Positions 49,786 through 62,794 of a DNA stretch of 64,000 nt are shown here, piece after piece; the first letter of the stretch is position 1, and every line of letters begins with the position of its first letter. Location: contig CM060734.1 of the NCBI GenBank assembly GCA_030704615.1, positions 20,770,001 to 20,834,000 of the forward strand. Direction: 5' to 3'. The notes beneath the pieces were generated by a model, which saw only the letters and a program-made list of their open reading frames with translations, made no database searches and was not told the origin of the DNA. A program made the position numbers and the translations under genes. This stretch comes from Takakia lepidozioides. Lineage: Eukaryota > Plantae > Bryophyta.

Positions 49786-50512
49786 CACGGGGGGGGGGGG
49801 GGGGGGGGAGGAGGGGACTTCCAAATACTCCGATATTACGTGCAAAAAAAATATAGGGTACAATATATTCTTGGCAAATAATATTTAGAAAACAATTACA
49901 AATAAATATGGGTACCAATATATCGTGGTTTTGGAATTTAAATGAATATAGGGTCTGGAATATAGATTTTATTTTTATTTTCTTACAACTACCAATAGGG
50001 TCCTGATAAAGACATGGGACACGTGTCGTTTAGTTACTGGTTTATCAGGTGGGCTAGACTTGGATTTGGGGACTTGAACTGTTGACGACACTTGGTTCGT
50101 AAATCTAGAGGGCACCTTAAATTCAAGTATGATGTAACAGATAGTAAATGGATATAGATTCAATCATTAGTTCAGTTACTATGGCTTTTGACAAAGTTCA
50201 AAATGTTTACGGCTTGAATGCAACTGATGCCCAAGCTTTGGATGAATTTGTTTTGACCAAATAATGAACTATTATTTACTATAATTGTTTTTAAAAATTG
50301 TATTGTTACTATAGCGTGTCTGAAATTTGCTCGCAGCAGTAAAATATAATTAACATAGTCTGTCAGAAAATCCAGCATTTTACAAAATTATGTAAGTATA
50401 GGATGGCCGATAAAGACCAAAATAAAAATAATACCCCCATACAAATACCTTTTTTTCACACGTGATTCATAAAAGATATAGGAAGTGCCCCCCCCCCCCC
50501 CCCCCCCCCGAG
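49786..50512. mobile_element. Non-autonomous DNA transposon (MITE-like) with poly-G/poly-C terminal inverted repeats
   Basis: Ends read cacg(G)n..acttcc..acgtgcaaaaaaa and tttttttcacacgt..ggaagtg(C)n gag. Flanking direct repeat ATTTCC(CA). AT-rich interior. Confidence 0.65.
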
Positions 50513-50719
50513 ATTTCCCATCGTTCGTATTTGGTCCCAGGCAGCTTTTGCAACTTTCTATTTCACATGAGTTTGCGTCCATGGTCAGAGGCCATGTTTT
50601 TCCCTCGGTTATAGGCTCTACTTCTCTAATGTGTTCACGCTTAGTTGAATCTGCTCATGCTTAGTGTGCTAAGCGTGAGTATGCTCACGTGAGCGGCTCA
50701 CGCGCTAGCTTCTCCCTTC

Positions 50720-51990
50720 CTCCCACCACCATCACCCGGACCGTAACCTCATTACAACCATTGCCCATCTTGCTATTTCCCTGGACCACCCCGTTCACCT
50801 TATCAAAGTACGCTCCCATACCGGTATATGCGGCAATGAAACGGCATACCTCCTTGCTCAGGTAGGCGCTTCCAGACCCCCGGTAGATCCCATGGAGGAT
50901 CCCATTCACATTGCACATGCCCACCCATTCTAGCTAATACACCCCCGAACCCCGACCAATACGTAACCTTTTAACCATACTTGTTCGTGAAGCTAACAAA
51001 CAAGCCTTAGCGTCTGTAAGTCATACCCAAATACACATTCAGAAATGGACACAATCCACCGTACTCCATCATAAACTGTCAAACTACTTCTGGCACACCA
51101 AAGCTGCACTGACGCACAAATAAGACAAACACTCAAATTCAGATACGCTCAATATATGGGCCATCAACGCATACACATTTTTTTGCCACGCCTATATGCA
51201 TCCCCACACTACCCACTTTGCTCGCACACCCACCAGGTGCGTGACACCTGGCCACACCTCCTCAGCCAGTGTACCCACCTTGTCATCCATGGACTTCGTA
51301 TAACTTGACATAACCATGCAGTCTTGCACATTCATAAACTCCTCATGGACCGCACCGAAACCAGATGGTTCTCGCTCATTAATGCCGGCACCTACCAAGG
51401 CAGACCCCCAGACCATACCGTCCCGCCATGGTTACTCCCTCGTGTCTGCCCCCACTCCCCCTGCACCTGCCCCGCCAGACTATACCATGACATCTTGCTG
51501 GTCTATGGTCTAACCATAAACACCCCCCCGCCCACTGCTCCATCCCCAAACCTTACCATCCACTTTATCGAATTTACATACTGCCACGATCGCTACCCCA
51601 GCTCCTCCACTTTAGACAAATGACAGAAATATGGTCCGCTCATCCTAGCAATTCTCAACGTGGCTGGAACACCGGCCCACTAACTGTCATCACTGCTGGA
51701 ACTAGAGATGACATCCACAATGCCAGTATAACCGCTATATACAAAAACTTCAAAATCCCTATCTCTCCTATCCTTTAAGGCAATCCACCTCACGGCGCTT
51801 CGTTCCCTCACAACTATTATTACCAATAAGCGGCAACTTGAATCCAACCCCCCTCGGTACCCTAGGTACCTCTATCCCTTGGTTACTCGGTGTCCCTTGG
51901 ACATCTGTTTTATGTATAGGGCCCACCCTCGAAAGGGGGCAGTAGCCGTGAGGCGAAGTGGGGCTCTTAATTACGCTGGCTTCGGCTAGA
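50720..51990 (+). mobile_element. 3' part of an RLE (restriction-like endonuclease) non-LTR retrotransposon
   Basis: One frame reads (C/Y)PLC...DTWPHLLSQC...RIT(R/*)HN...RLYHDILL...IHFIEFTYCHD...K*QKY. Confidence 0.7.
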
Positions 51991-52020
51991 GTCTTCTCTC
52001 TCTCTCTCTCTCTCCCTCTC

Positions 52021-52340
52021 TAAAGCTGGTTGAATGGCCACTAATGGAACCGGCTCGTTGGCGGGCTCGATGGTGATGTAGGAAGGCAGTGCAAGCTTCG
52101 ACATGTTGGCTCGTTGAACTTGCCTGTGCATGTTGTTGAATTCCTTCCCTGCATTGATCGCATCTATTAATGTTGCAGGTCTTTGCTGCAGAACATGGAA
52201 GTGAGTAGCCTCTCGCAAACCACTCAAGAAACAATCCTTGAGCACCCCATCATCTAAATGAGTCCACGGATTTTGGAGCCGCATCAGCTCCCGAAATCTC
52301 ATTTCAAAGTCCGCTACTTCCTCTTGTCCTTTGCCCACAA
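52021..52340 (-). pseudogene. Retrotransposon gag fragment
   Basis: Reads QEEVADFEMRFREL...KDCFLSGLRE...RPATLIDAI. Confidence 0.55.
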
Positions 52341-52379
52341 AGAGAGACAGTAGTAGTAAAGGAGGAAGGGAGAGATGAT

Positions 52380-52821
52380 CTCATTTTTGGCATTCCATTA
52401 TCTCTGTTGTAGTCCACGTGGAACGACTCACTGTCAACGTCGAGGATTGTATCTTCCACCGGTTCATAGACATTATGGAGCCTATATACTTGCCAAAGCT
52501 TGCCTCGATTTTAGGGAGGGAGGTCAGGTAGATGGCTGGTAGAAAAAGGATAGCAATTACTCTAGGCTTCCAAGTAATGCCTTCTTTGTGGCCCCAATCC
52601 TGAGCCCAAGGGTAAAGGAAAACCTTGGAGTTGGATTTTTGCGAATATTGAATCGTAATGCTTCTTCTGCTTCATTAGCCGAATAGAATAGCACGGCATA
52701 AAAGCCCCTTCCCATGGTCAAACAGAAGTGTTGTGCCAAGCCCCCTGAACTGCCCCCAAATGTCCACCACCCAGCGACAAACCCACAACTGAGGTCTGAT
52801 TTTCCCATGAAAGTAAATGAG
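52380..52821 (-). pseudogene. Probable L1-type LINE ORF1 remnant, split by the Copia insertion (continues at about 57553-58712)
   Basis: MGRGFYAVLF resembles the DUF4283/RRM-like region of plant L1 ORF1. The upstream part is Ser/Pro-rich. Confidence 0.4.
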
Positions 52822-53128
52822 TGCTAGAATTGAGCAAGAACATGAACAAGAACTAAAGTCTTAGACTAAAGCTAAAACTAAAGCTTTCATCCCAACCATA
52901 GAAACCACCATCATACTCTTACCCTTAGACTAGTGGCTTCACCCCCGAGCTTGTACATGAAGGTCTCTAGAAAGTCCTACTTGGTCACTTCCACTTCCAC
53001 TATGGTGACCATCCACCTTCTAGCCATTCACCTTCCAAAGGTGAGTTAAACAAGATAGTCTCTTAGACTTCTAAACCTTTGGCCTTCAAGACTCTTAGTC
53101 TTCTAGATATGTTTAATTACTTCCAACA
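52822..53128 (-). repeat. Copia 3' LTR
   Basis: Direct repeat of 57246-57552. Confidence 0.95.
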
Positions 53129-53149
53129 CTCCCACTCAATTAAACCATA

Positions 53150-56100
53150 TCATTGAGCTACTTCGTTTGTCTTTGGAGAAGAGACACCAAGTAAGGCTGA
53201 ACACTTCATGTGTTTTGTTTGTGGTAGACTCTTCGTCAAAACATCCGCAACCATATCTCCTATAGCACAATAGATCATCTTGATCTCTCCCTTGCATACA
53301 ACTTCTCGTATGTAGTGATGTTGCACTTCAATGTGCTTTGTCCTTGAATGATACTTCGGATTCTGACTTAGTGCAATCGCACTTTGATTGTCACAATAGA
53401 GAGTCGTAGGTAGTGATTGGAAATGATCCAAATCTCCAAGCAACTTTCGTAACCAAATAGCTTCCTTTGCTGCTTGTGTAATGGACATGTACTCAGCTTC
53501 TGTTGATGACAACGCTGTTGCAACTTGTCGTTTGCTAGACCAAGATACAGCTCCACCTGCTAGGAGAAAACAATGGTCTGCAGTTGATTTTCTACTATCA
53601 ACGTCTCCTGCCTAGTCAGCATCAGCAAACCCTAACAAACTTGGATCTTCCACTCTCTTGTAGAGTAGACCAGAGGTTGATGTTCTTCTTAGATATTGAA
53701 ATATCCTCTTCACTGCTTTCCAATGGGTTTGTCCGGGATTTGAAAGAAATTGTGAGACCACTCCCACTGAATGTGCAATGTCTGGCCTAGTACAAACCAT
53801 GCAATACATCAAACTGCCGACTGCGCTTTGATAAGGAGTTTTCCTCATATCCTCTTGCTCTTCTTGAGTCTTAGGTGCCATATCCTTCGTAAGTTTCAAA
53901 CCAACTTCGAGAGGAGTTGCTGTTGGCTTACTCATCTCCAACTTAAACCTTTGTAGAATTGTCTCAATGTATTGTCGTTGATGCATGAATATTGAATGGT
54001 TTACTCGATCTCTGCTGATTTGAATACCAAGACAGAACCGAATCTCACCCATGTCAGTCATGGCAAACTCAGCACTCAACAGTGCTTTGGTTTCTGGCAA
54101 CAACCTTTGATGATCGTTGGTGACAATGATTGTGTCATCCACAAATAGAGCTATGACCACAAATTGCTCTCCCATCTTTTTCACATAGACGTTTGTGTCA
54201 GCAATGCTTCGCTCAAATCTTGCCTTTAAGAGGTAAGCATTGATCCTGGCATACCAAGCTCGAGGACTTTGTTTGAGTCCATACAAACTCTTTTGCAGCT
54301 TACACACAATATCACTTTCTCCTTGTACAAACCCTTCAGGTTGTCTCATGTAGATCTCTTCTTGTAGTTCTCCTTTCAGAAATGCGGTCTTAACATCCAT
54401 TTGATGAACTTCGTGATCATGTTGAGCTGCAAGAGCTAACAACACTCTGATAGAAAAAATCTTCACCACTGGTAAGAAGGTTTCATTGTAATCCATTCCT
54501 TGAATTTGTGCATAGCCTTTAGCTACAAGACGAGCTTTGTACCGGTAAATAGATCCATCAGCTTTGTACTTCAACTTGAAGATCCATTTGCAACCAATGG
54601 CTCTTCGTCCTGCAGACAACCTAGTGAGTGTCCATGCTTTGTTTTGCATCAATGAATCCAACTCTAAGTTGATTGCTTCTTCCCATTGTAGTTTGTTTGG
54701 AGAGCGCATCGCTTCCTCATATGTAGCAGGCTCAACCACTTGTGATGCTTCTTCCATAGCTTCAATGGCACTCATAGATGTAATCAGCCTACTAGGAGCT
54801 TTTCTTTCCCGCTGAGATCTCCTTAGAATTGGCACATCTTCAACTTCGACTCCTTGATCAACTCCATCAAGTTGAACACCTCCATCATTTGCTTCAGCCA
54901 TCTCTTGTATTGGCTCCTCATAAGACTGATCTTGGAAATGGTGTAATGGCTCTAAGCTCATTCCCATGTCATTTTCTCCCACTATCAAAGAGGGTATGAA
55001 GCCTTCATCAAACACTACGTCCCTACTGTATTTGACAGCCTTAGTTGTCTTATTGAACAACTTATATCCCTTCACACCTTCTGTGTAGCCAATGAAGATG
55101 CATCCTTCTGATTTGAAGTCAAGTTTCCTTCGCTTCTGAGTAGGGATATGGACATATGCACGACATCCAAAAATCCTACAATGAGCCATACTAGGCTTCT
55201 AACCACTCCATACCTCTTCTGGTGTTTTTCCTAACACTGATTTGGTAGGTATTCTGTTGTGAAGATATGCTGCAGTGCCAACAGCTTCTGCCCAAAAATG
55301 ATTTGAAAGATTCACTTCTTTCAATATACTCCTTGCAGATTCTTGTAGTGATCTACTCATCCGCTCAGCTATACCATTCTGCTCAGGTGTATATGGAACA
55401 GCTGTCGAGCTATTCCATTCTCTTGACAAAACTGATTGAAAGCCTTTGACTCACCACCATTGTCAGATCTCAAAATCTTAAGAGGCTTTCCAGTTTGTTT
55501 TTTTGCAAGCACTTTGAACTCCTTGAATTTCTCTAGCACTTGACTTTTCTGCCTTAAGGAAATTCACCACAACCCTCTTTGACAAATCATCAATGAATGT
55601 CACAAAGTACTTTGCTCCTCCAAGTGATGTGGTTTGCATTGGCCTGCACACATCAGAATGTACAATCTCCAATATACTTATGGCTCTTCGTCCACCATCC
55701 TTAGGAAATTGACCTCGATGTTGCTTCCCTTCCAAGCAACCTTTGCATAGACACATATCGCTCATCTCCTTCAATGGTAGTCCTTCCACAAGATGGCTTG
55801 AGAGTTGCATCTGTCTCAACTTCTTAATGCTCACATGACCTAACCTTTTATGCCACAACTCTGTTTCTGACATGACAGGTGTAGATCCCAACTGTGGTGA
55901 AAATGTGGTAAGAGCACTAGAGACATGATGTTGTAATCTATACAAACAATTATCAAGAATAGCTCTTGCTACCACAGCTCCTGAGCTATCTGTGATAGTA
56001 CAACTCTCATCTTGGAATACCACTGTGTATTCCTTTGTAACAATTTGCCTTACAGACAACAGGTTCTTTGTTAAAGTAGGGACATGTAGGACATTTTCCA

Positions 56101-57190
56101 CCTCTATGGTTTCCCCTTCATTGAGCATAAGAGAGACTGAGCCTTCTCCACCAATGACATGTTTGCTATCATCTCCCACAAGAACATATTGTGTAGGTGA
56201 AAGAGATCTATATGATAAGAAATGCTCTCTCTCTGAACTCATATGTTGAGATGCTCCTGAATCAACATACCACACATGCTTCTGTCTCTTAGTGGCTAAG
56301 AGAGACACAACAAATAGAATAACCTTCCTCTGATGAGTAGCTATGTTCCCTTGACTCTCTCTGCTGCGCTCATCTGCAATGCACTTTCTACAATCCTTGA
56401 TCATGTGACCAAGTTTCTTGCAATAAAAGCACCTCACTTTGGCCTTTTTGATCTTTGAGCTAGATTGAGGTTTCTGAAACCTCTGGGACTTCTGAGACAT
56501 ATGTGAAGGGAGTCTTCTATTCAAGACTACTCCAGTCTTGCCTGTGAACAAAGCCCTGTCTACCTCTGTAGACGTACCTTGACCTTTTTTTCTTGTTTCC
56601 TCCTTGAGGAGAAGTCCTATGACAACATCAATAGTTAAGTTGGTTTGTTCTGCTAGAGACACCACAAAACCATCATAGGATTCAGGTAAGGTTGCCAATA
56701 ACACCACTGCGGCGTGTTCATCAGTCACATTAGTTCCCACAGAGACTAGTTGATCTCGCAATACACAAAACAAATTCAAGTGTTGTTCAACTGACTCGGT
56801 CATCTTCAGACCATAGAACTTTTGCGTCGCATACACTTGCGATGTGACATCCTTCGTCTTATATATGCTTGCTAGCTTGTCCCAAACATCCTTAGCATTC
56901 TTAGCACTTATAATGAGATGCAACTGATTGTCTCTCAAGCTTGTGATGATGCTAGCTCTTGCTTTCTGATCTTTCCTATCCCATATGGCTTGGCCAACAA
57001 TAGTGTCGGGTCTTGGGACCGATCCATCAACCACTCCCCATAGATCTTTGTCTAGAAGGACCATCTCCATCCTAAACTTCCAAGTTTGATAGTTAGCTCC
57101 ATTGAATCGATCTTCCACTCTCACATCTAATGCACTCGTCATAGACATAGAAGGAGGATTGCTAGAAGACGACGCTCCAGCCATAATCAA
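53150..57190 (-). pseudogene. Copia gag-pol (Gag, CCHC, protease, integrase, RT, RNase H), disrupted
   Basis: Motifs CFYCKKLGHMIKDC, WYVDSGAS, WHKRLGH, HSDV, EQNGIAER, QMDVKTAFL, LYGLKQS, FVDD, SSTEAEY and RTKHI. Confidence 0.95.
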
Positions 57191-57245
57191 GTTCTCTCAA
57201 TCTCAACTACCAACTCTCTCCTAGAGAAGAATGGCTCTGATACCA

Positions 57246-57552
57246 TGTTAGAATTGAGCAAGAACATGAACAAGAACTAAAGTCTTAGACTAAAGCTAAA
57301 ACTAAAGCTTTCATCCCAACCATAGAAACCACCATCATACTCTTACCCTTAGACTAGTGGCTTCACCCCCGAGCTTGTACAAGAATGTCTCTAGAAAGTC
57401 ATACTTGGTCACTTCCACTTCCACTATGGTGACCATCCACCTTCTAGCCATTCACCTTCCAAAGGTGAGTTAAACAAGATAGTCTCTTAGACTTCTAAAC
57501 CTTTGGCATTCAAGACTCTTAGTCTTCTAGATATGTTTAATTACTTCCAACA
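57246..57552 (-). repeat. Copia 5' LTR
   Basis: TG...CA termini; adjacent to the PBS. Confidence 0.95.
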
Positions 57553-60132
57553 ATGAGGACACCTTGTTGCTCAGAAGATTTCTGGGCTTGATAACCCAAC
57601 TTTTCTTTGTTGAGAAGGAGAATTGGCTGCGTACTAGCGGTGGGGGCAGCCCCCGGGTCTTCCAGCAGTGTCTCAGACGCGACAGGTGAAAGATGAGTTG
57701 TCGTTGAAGCAAGACCTTTCCAGGGATTGAGCCACCCGACCCATCCGTTGAGATTGGCTTCCTCTCACTCCAACCTCTGCCCCTTCCCCTGGCACTAGAG
57801 GAAGGTCCTCCTTTGCTGCCTCGTTTGGCCAGAGTTCTTCTCGTCGACATTGCAATTGAAGAGTGCTGCAAGGTAAAACAAGGGACGGGGAGAAAACAAG
57901 GTAAGACGAGGCCACTATATCACTGCCTTGTGAATAATACAGACCCGCTTCAAACTGAGAAAGAGAGAAGAAGAGATTAGGCAAGAAGTCGCTGGGAAGA
58001 GCGAAGGAAGAGACAACTCTCTCTGGAGCTAAAATCAAGGATTAGAGGATCAACTCTGAGCTGGGAGGGAGATAAGAAAACACATTCGAAAGAGGAAGGA
58101 AGACTAGGAAGGGAGGGAGATATCTGCCTTAGACAGCCTTCCTTTGAGACAACAATTCAGAAGTTAGATGGTAAGAAAGAGCGAGAACATCACCTTTCAG
58201 TGCAGTAAAAGAAAGGGTGGCCGTGGAGTGTCAGGAGTCGCCATGCCATTAGTACCAGGCCAAGGGAGAGAGCTGAAGTCACCAATGAGGCCAGAATGCC
58301 AGAGGGAGCAAGCGGGTGTTAATCCTCAGAACGGAATCTTGGGGGGCAACAAGCCGCTAATGTTATGAGAGTTGACAAAGGTGGCGCAATCGAAAGTGTG
58401 CCAAAGTGAAGAAGCATTAAGAGAGCATAATCAGGAGATTAGCTTTAGCGTAATAGTGTAGCCATCAGCAGTTGGAGGAGCTGCGAGGCCCTAATTCCAG
58501 CTGTATAGGGTAAGAGGTGTTCCCCCAGCTGGAATGGTGACGAAAGAGAGCGTTTGAAGTGATGAAAGGTCCTCCTGGGCTCCCATCCACTTTCTAGAAG
58601 ATTCAGATGGTGAGAGGAGGAGGAAAGAGAGTAGGGGGAGGTCACAGGACATGACGGAGGAAGGGAGGCATGGCGCCAGGGACTGAAAAAAAACTAAGTC
58701 CCCTGGCTTCACTCACTGCAAATTGCGGAGCCCCCCTCACACCGCGAACCCGAGAGCGACTCCGCTGGTCTTCCTTGTTGGTCGGTCACTTTGGATTAAA
58801 TTCCACCTCTAGTTTGCTAAGTTAAGTTAAATTAAATTATTTATACCCGGGGTGGTAATTGGAACCACCTATGGATAACCGTCTGCAAATATCTTGTGTC
58901 TATTGAGAACCGACATATACTAAAAATTTGTGAATATTCTAACACTATGGAACTGGCTGGTATTGAAAAGTGAAAATATTTCAATACCATCCCGGCTGGT
59001 ATTGTAAAAAGTAGTACCAGCCCAACACTGGTCTTAACTCTTAACTCCTTAAGACTCCTGGGGAAAAAAAAAAAAAAACTCCTGAAGAGTGAGCAACTCC
59101 TTCAACCACACCCAAGTTATTACCAAGGATCTCACCAAGGGCTACTGCTCCAGATGTAGAGTCACCAGGTGACATAAAATTGTTACTATTCAGAGGCCTC
59201 ATGCCATATCACCTTGTTTCTAGATAACATAGTCTCCTGACACTAATGCAAACAATTCCTCTCCTTAAGGTGCATCAAGCAATAATCCCTTGTGTCCGAG
59301 ACAAAACCTTGTACATGACAATCTGTACAGGTAACTTCATGTACCATGCTAACAAACAAATCCTCATAACAAGCAACATCCAAGGTACCAGACCAATTTG
59401 GGAGCTCACTTCGTCACAGCTATGAACCCACAGGAAAGTTAGTCAAAGGTGGACATTTCCATGCAATCTTCAATATGAGCTGCTATCTACTTGCAACCTA
59501 ACCTAAGCTTGGGTGGAACAAGAGGGAACAGACCAGACACTACCTTTGTGAGGGGCTCGCTCCAGTAGTGGGACATGACTTGGTATAAACGTGTAGTGGA
59601 GAGAGAGAGAACGTACTAATACAACTAATATGACGTTGTTTGCCATAGCCTTGGTCCATAGACCCTGCGCCCAGTTGGGGTAGAACAAAAGGGAACAGAC
59701 ACTACCTTTGTGAAGGGCTCACTCCAGTAGTGGGACTTACCATGATATAAACAAGAGAGCGGTAGAGAGAGAGGGCTGGGGAAATAGCTTGGTCCCTTGT
59801 GGAGGTGTGCATTAGTACCAATATTAAATACCAAAATCTTTGAAGATCATTAAGAGGTCCACTGTTCAACATAGCACCAAAGGTTTGTGCAGGGAGGTTG
59901 AGAATAGTATAGGGAGGTTATTTGCAGAAATACAAAGCCAAGTCAGGCCTTTCACTGCAGTACCAAAAGAAGCTCAATCCGTAGACTTGACAAGCCTGAG
60001 GCGTCCTTCCCTCACAACATAGAAGCCATTTTATTGAAGCACTCTCTATCCTGTCCAAGTGAGTGCAACTGAAAGTTGCAAGATTGTCTCTGGAAGCACT
60101 GGGAGCCACATGACAAAGCCAGAGTAGGCTGC

Positions 60133-61944
60133 TTAATCCAAACGTCGCCTTTTCCTGCTGTGCATTAAGGTATCCATTGCATCTGTTGCATCTGCTGTCC
60201 CACCCTCTCTGGAAGGTGACATTTGGCGTCTACTTTCCATAAGAGCCTCAAATTCCCGTCGACCCATCCTCCCCCTCACCGCAGTGTCCTCAGCAGCATC
60301 TCTTGGCCTCACACGAGATGCAGCAACACTTACTGTAGCAATTGCTGGGCCAGAAGAAGATAGCCTACCCTCCTCCACAGATGGTTCTTGTAACACTGGC
60401 AAATCTGTGCCTACATTTCCAGGCCCACTTGCGGGTGGCACCTCTGCAATGGCTGGCCTGGCAAGCTGCGGAAAGGGGAGGCTGCGAGCAACGGCCTCCA
60501 TGCTGGCCAGTCTTGCACGGATTTGAACCAAGCGGCCAGCTGCCTCCACCCGACTTGCCGCGAGGCGACTGAGGGTCTCAGCACGTTCTTGTGATAATCG
60601 TGCTGAGGCTTCCATTGTTGCCCTTGCCTCCACCTCCATTTCCATCCTCCACTGCCGCCTTTGCTCGGATGTCAAAAGTGCAGCAGCACTTGCTGCAGGG
60701 GTCCCTACTTGCTCTCTCTGTTCTCCCATACTTCGGATAAGCAGCCCACCAGTGTGGAGAGTATCCCCAAGACTTTCCCGCAAAATTCGGGCCGCCCTGC
60801 CCCAGCTTAGCATCTCGTCAGACACCCGCCAGGATGCTAACACCCCGTCCTCTCTGCCCTGCTGCTCAAGTTGAAAACCCTCAGGCATCGCCCTCCCAGT
60901 CTGAGGCACTGTCTCCCCCTCCAATCTTCCTTCCGTTCTCAATGCCTCCATGTCCTGTCTCTCTCTCTCCCTTGCATCTCTCTCTCGCTGTTGTCTCACA
61001 CTCTCAACTCTGTGAGCTTGTGGTCGGGGTGGAACCCTAGGAGCTCCATCCTCTGAATTGGGACCTGAGGTAACCAAGCCGCTACCTCGCCCATATATAG
61101 GTGTGACAGTGCTCTCTGCAATTCCTCCCTTGCAGACAGGGCATTCCTTGTGAAAAGAATGAAGGTACAACCAGCGATAAAGGCATGGCCAGCAAAAGAG
61201 ATGACCACAAGGAGTCAACACGGGCTCACTGGCCATCTCTAAGCAAATATTGCACTCGAAGTTCTCGCTGTTGCTGCTTTCTCCCCCGGCTTTTAAGAGT
61301 AAGGCAGAGGAATTCACATCTCTGGCTCCTCTTTCCTCAGGCTGACTGGGAAAAGTCTGGACTTCCCCTCTGCTTGATCCGACTCCAGTCGGCCCTTCCC
61401 GGACAGCTCTCGTTGGTCGAAAGCGTCTCATGACACGCTGCACTGTTGGACCAGGGCGGCGCTCCATCTCCCGTTGAAGCTCAAATAGGAGGTGAAATTG
61501 CTCCCGTGTACTGCGTGGCTGGGGGGGCATCTCTCTCTGCATCTCCACGGCAGTCTGGTCCAGGGGAGGTAGCTGAGGCTGACCCGCCGTGACAACAATC
61601 CTTCTCTCTAAACCGTGCTCAAAATCCAGTGGAGGTTGCTCCACAGGTACGGCGAACCCTGCGGTTGTCTGAAAACTAAAACTCGGTGTTGGGGGCTCGC
61701 TTTCTGATTGCAAATCTAAAAAGACGCCATGTATACCTGGCCCAAACCTTGGCCATATTTGCCGAGCTTCTTGCCCAACTCCTAGACCTATTCTGCGGCC
61801 CTCGCCTCCCACGCCTGATCCTATGATGGTGTAACGAGTCAGAGGAGGAGCAAGGTTCAAATCAAGATTCACCCTCGCAGACACGGCACCACTCTCCGGA
61901 TCCTCCATATCAATTTCTGGCCCAATCACTGCCTGACCAGACAT
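60133..61944 (-). CDS. RING-HC (C3HC4) E3 ubiquitin ligase, RNF5/RMA-like RING, single-exon ORF
   Basis: Uninterrupted ~600-aa ORF containing FECNICLEMASEPVLTPCGHLFCWPCLYRW...ECPVCKG...VTPIYGRG. The start codon is uncertain (first ATG at 61944). Confidence 0.88.
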   Translation of the reverse strand: MSGQAVIGPEIDMEDPESGAVSARVNLDLNLAPPLTRYTIIGSGVGGEGRRIGLGVGQEARQIWPRFGPGIHGVFLDLQSESEPPTPSFSFQTTAGFAVPVEQPPLDFEHGLERRIVVTAGQPQLPPLDQTAVEMQREMPPQPRSTREQFHLLFELQREMERRPGPTVQRVMRRFRPTRAVREGPTGVGSSRGEVQTFPSQPEERGARDVNSSALLLKAGGESSNSENFECNICLEMASEPVLTPCGHLFCWPCLYRWLYLHSFHKECPVCKGGIAESTVTPIYGRGSGLVTSGPNSEDGAPRVPPRPQAHRVESVRQQRERDARERERQDMEALRTEGRLEGETVPQTGRAMPEGFQLEQQGREDGVLASWRVSDEMLSWGRAARILRESLGDTLHTGGLLIRSMGEQREQVGTPAASAAALLTSEQRRQWRMEMEVEARATMEASARLSQERAETLSRLAASRVEAAGRLVQIRARLASMEAVARSLPFPQLARPAIAEVPPASGPGNVGTDLPVLQEPSVEEGRLSSSGPAIATVSVAASRVRPRDAAEDTAVRGRMGRREFEALMESRRQMSPSREGGTADATDAMDTLMHSRKRRRLD

Positions 61945-62794
61945 TACCACGACCAATTCAGTCACCAGGCATATATTGTACAGACACAGGGAGATCCGCT
62001 TGATGCTTCACAGCTCAAGAATAGTCCTGCGAAGAAACCGGGTGAGGACGGATCCAGACGACAACCCCTCCCTCTCATGGAAGGGTTGCTTCAGAATCAC
62101 GGCAGTCTCGTTGTACCGAACGCCAAGATCACCACTGACATCTCGAACCAACTTCTGTAAGCCTTCAACATTGTTAGGAGCTGAAGAAAGGCGTGGGGGA
62201 GCGCCGGTCCTGCAACCCTCCTTGTCTCTCGTGCCCAAGCCTACGCTAATGGAGGAAGAGGGCAGGCCATATAACCGCTCAAGTGTCCTGCTTTACTGTT
62301 TGTCGTGGGGGGGAAGAAAAGCACACTGCTCAAGCGCCCATAAGTTCAGGGTTGCTAGAAAAACCCATTACGCTGTGACGTAATCTGGCAAGTGGGTTGG
62401 TATATCCTGTGAATAGGCCCTCGCACATGCACTTTGCTCATTCCCCTTCGCTGGCGAATTCGCCAGCGGTGGGCCCACCTCAAGGGATGGAAACGAACCG
62501 CCCTAATCGGCACATGCAGGGAACGGTTGTTGGACCTGCCGCTTTGTTCCTTTCGGTGTTGGTTTTTACCGAAGCTCGGTGTTTGCCATTAGATGCTCGG
62601 TGGCGCTTGTCAATATACGCTCAGTTGCTTGTTTATCAAACAACCATAGAAAAATGGACCGAGCTCTCATTAGGAAACTGTGCAATGTTCAAGTCCATAG
62701 TGAGGCACTTGCTTGCACACAATGAGCCTTCAATAGGGTTTAGTTTCCTTCCAATTTTCTATGTCATTGCAAAGAGGAAGAGACGTCCACTATG

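Larger units (their letters stand above)
52822..57552 (-). mobile_element. Full-length Ty1/Copia LTR retrotransposon
   Basis: 307-bp LTRs (5 differences counted by eye), TSD ATGAG, iMet PBS at 57232-57245 and PPT at 53129-53139. Confidence 0.96.

Noticed and set aside
59516-59775. Two-copy ~95-bp direct repeat downstream of the RING gene as an ncRNA pair
   Set aside because: No convincing snoRNA boxes or tRNA/miRNA fold were seen; treated as a local duplication.
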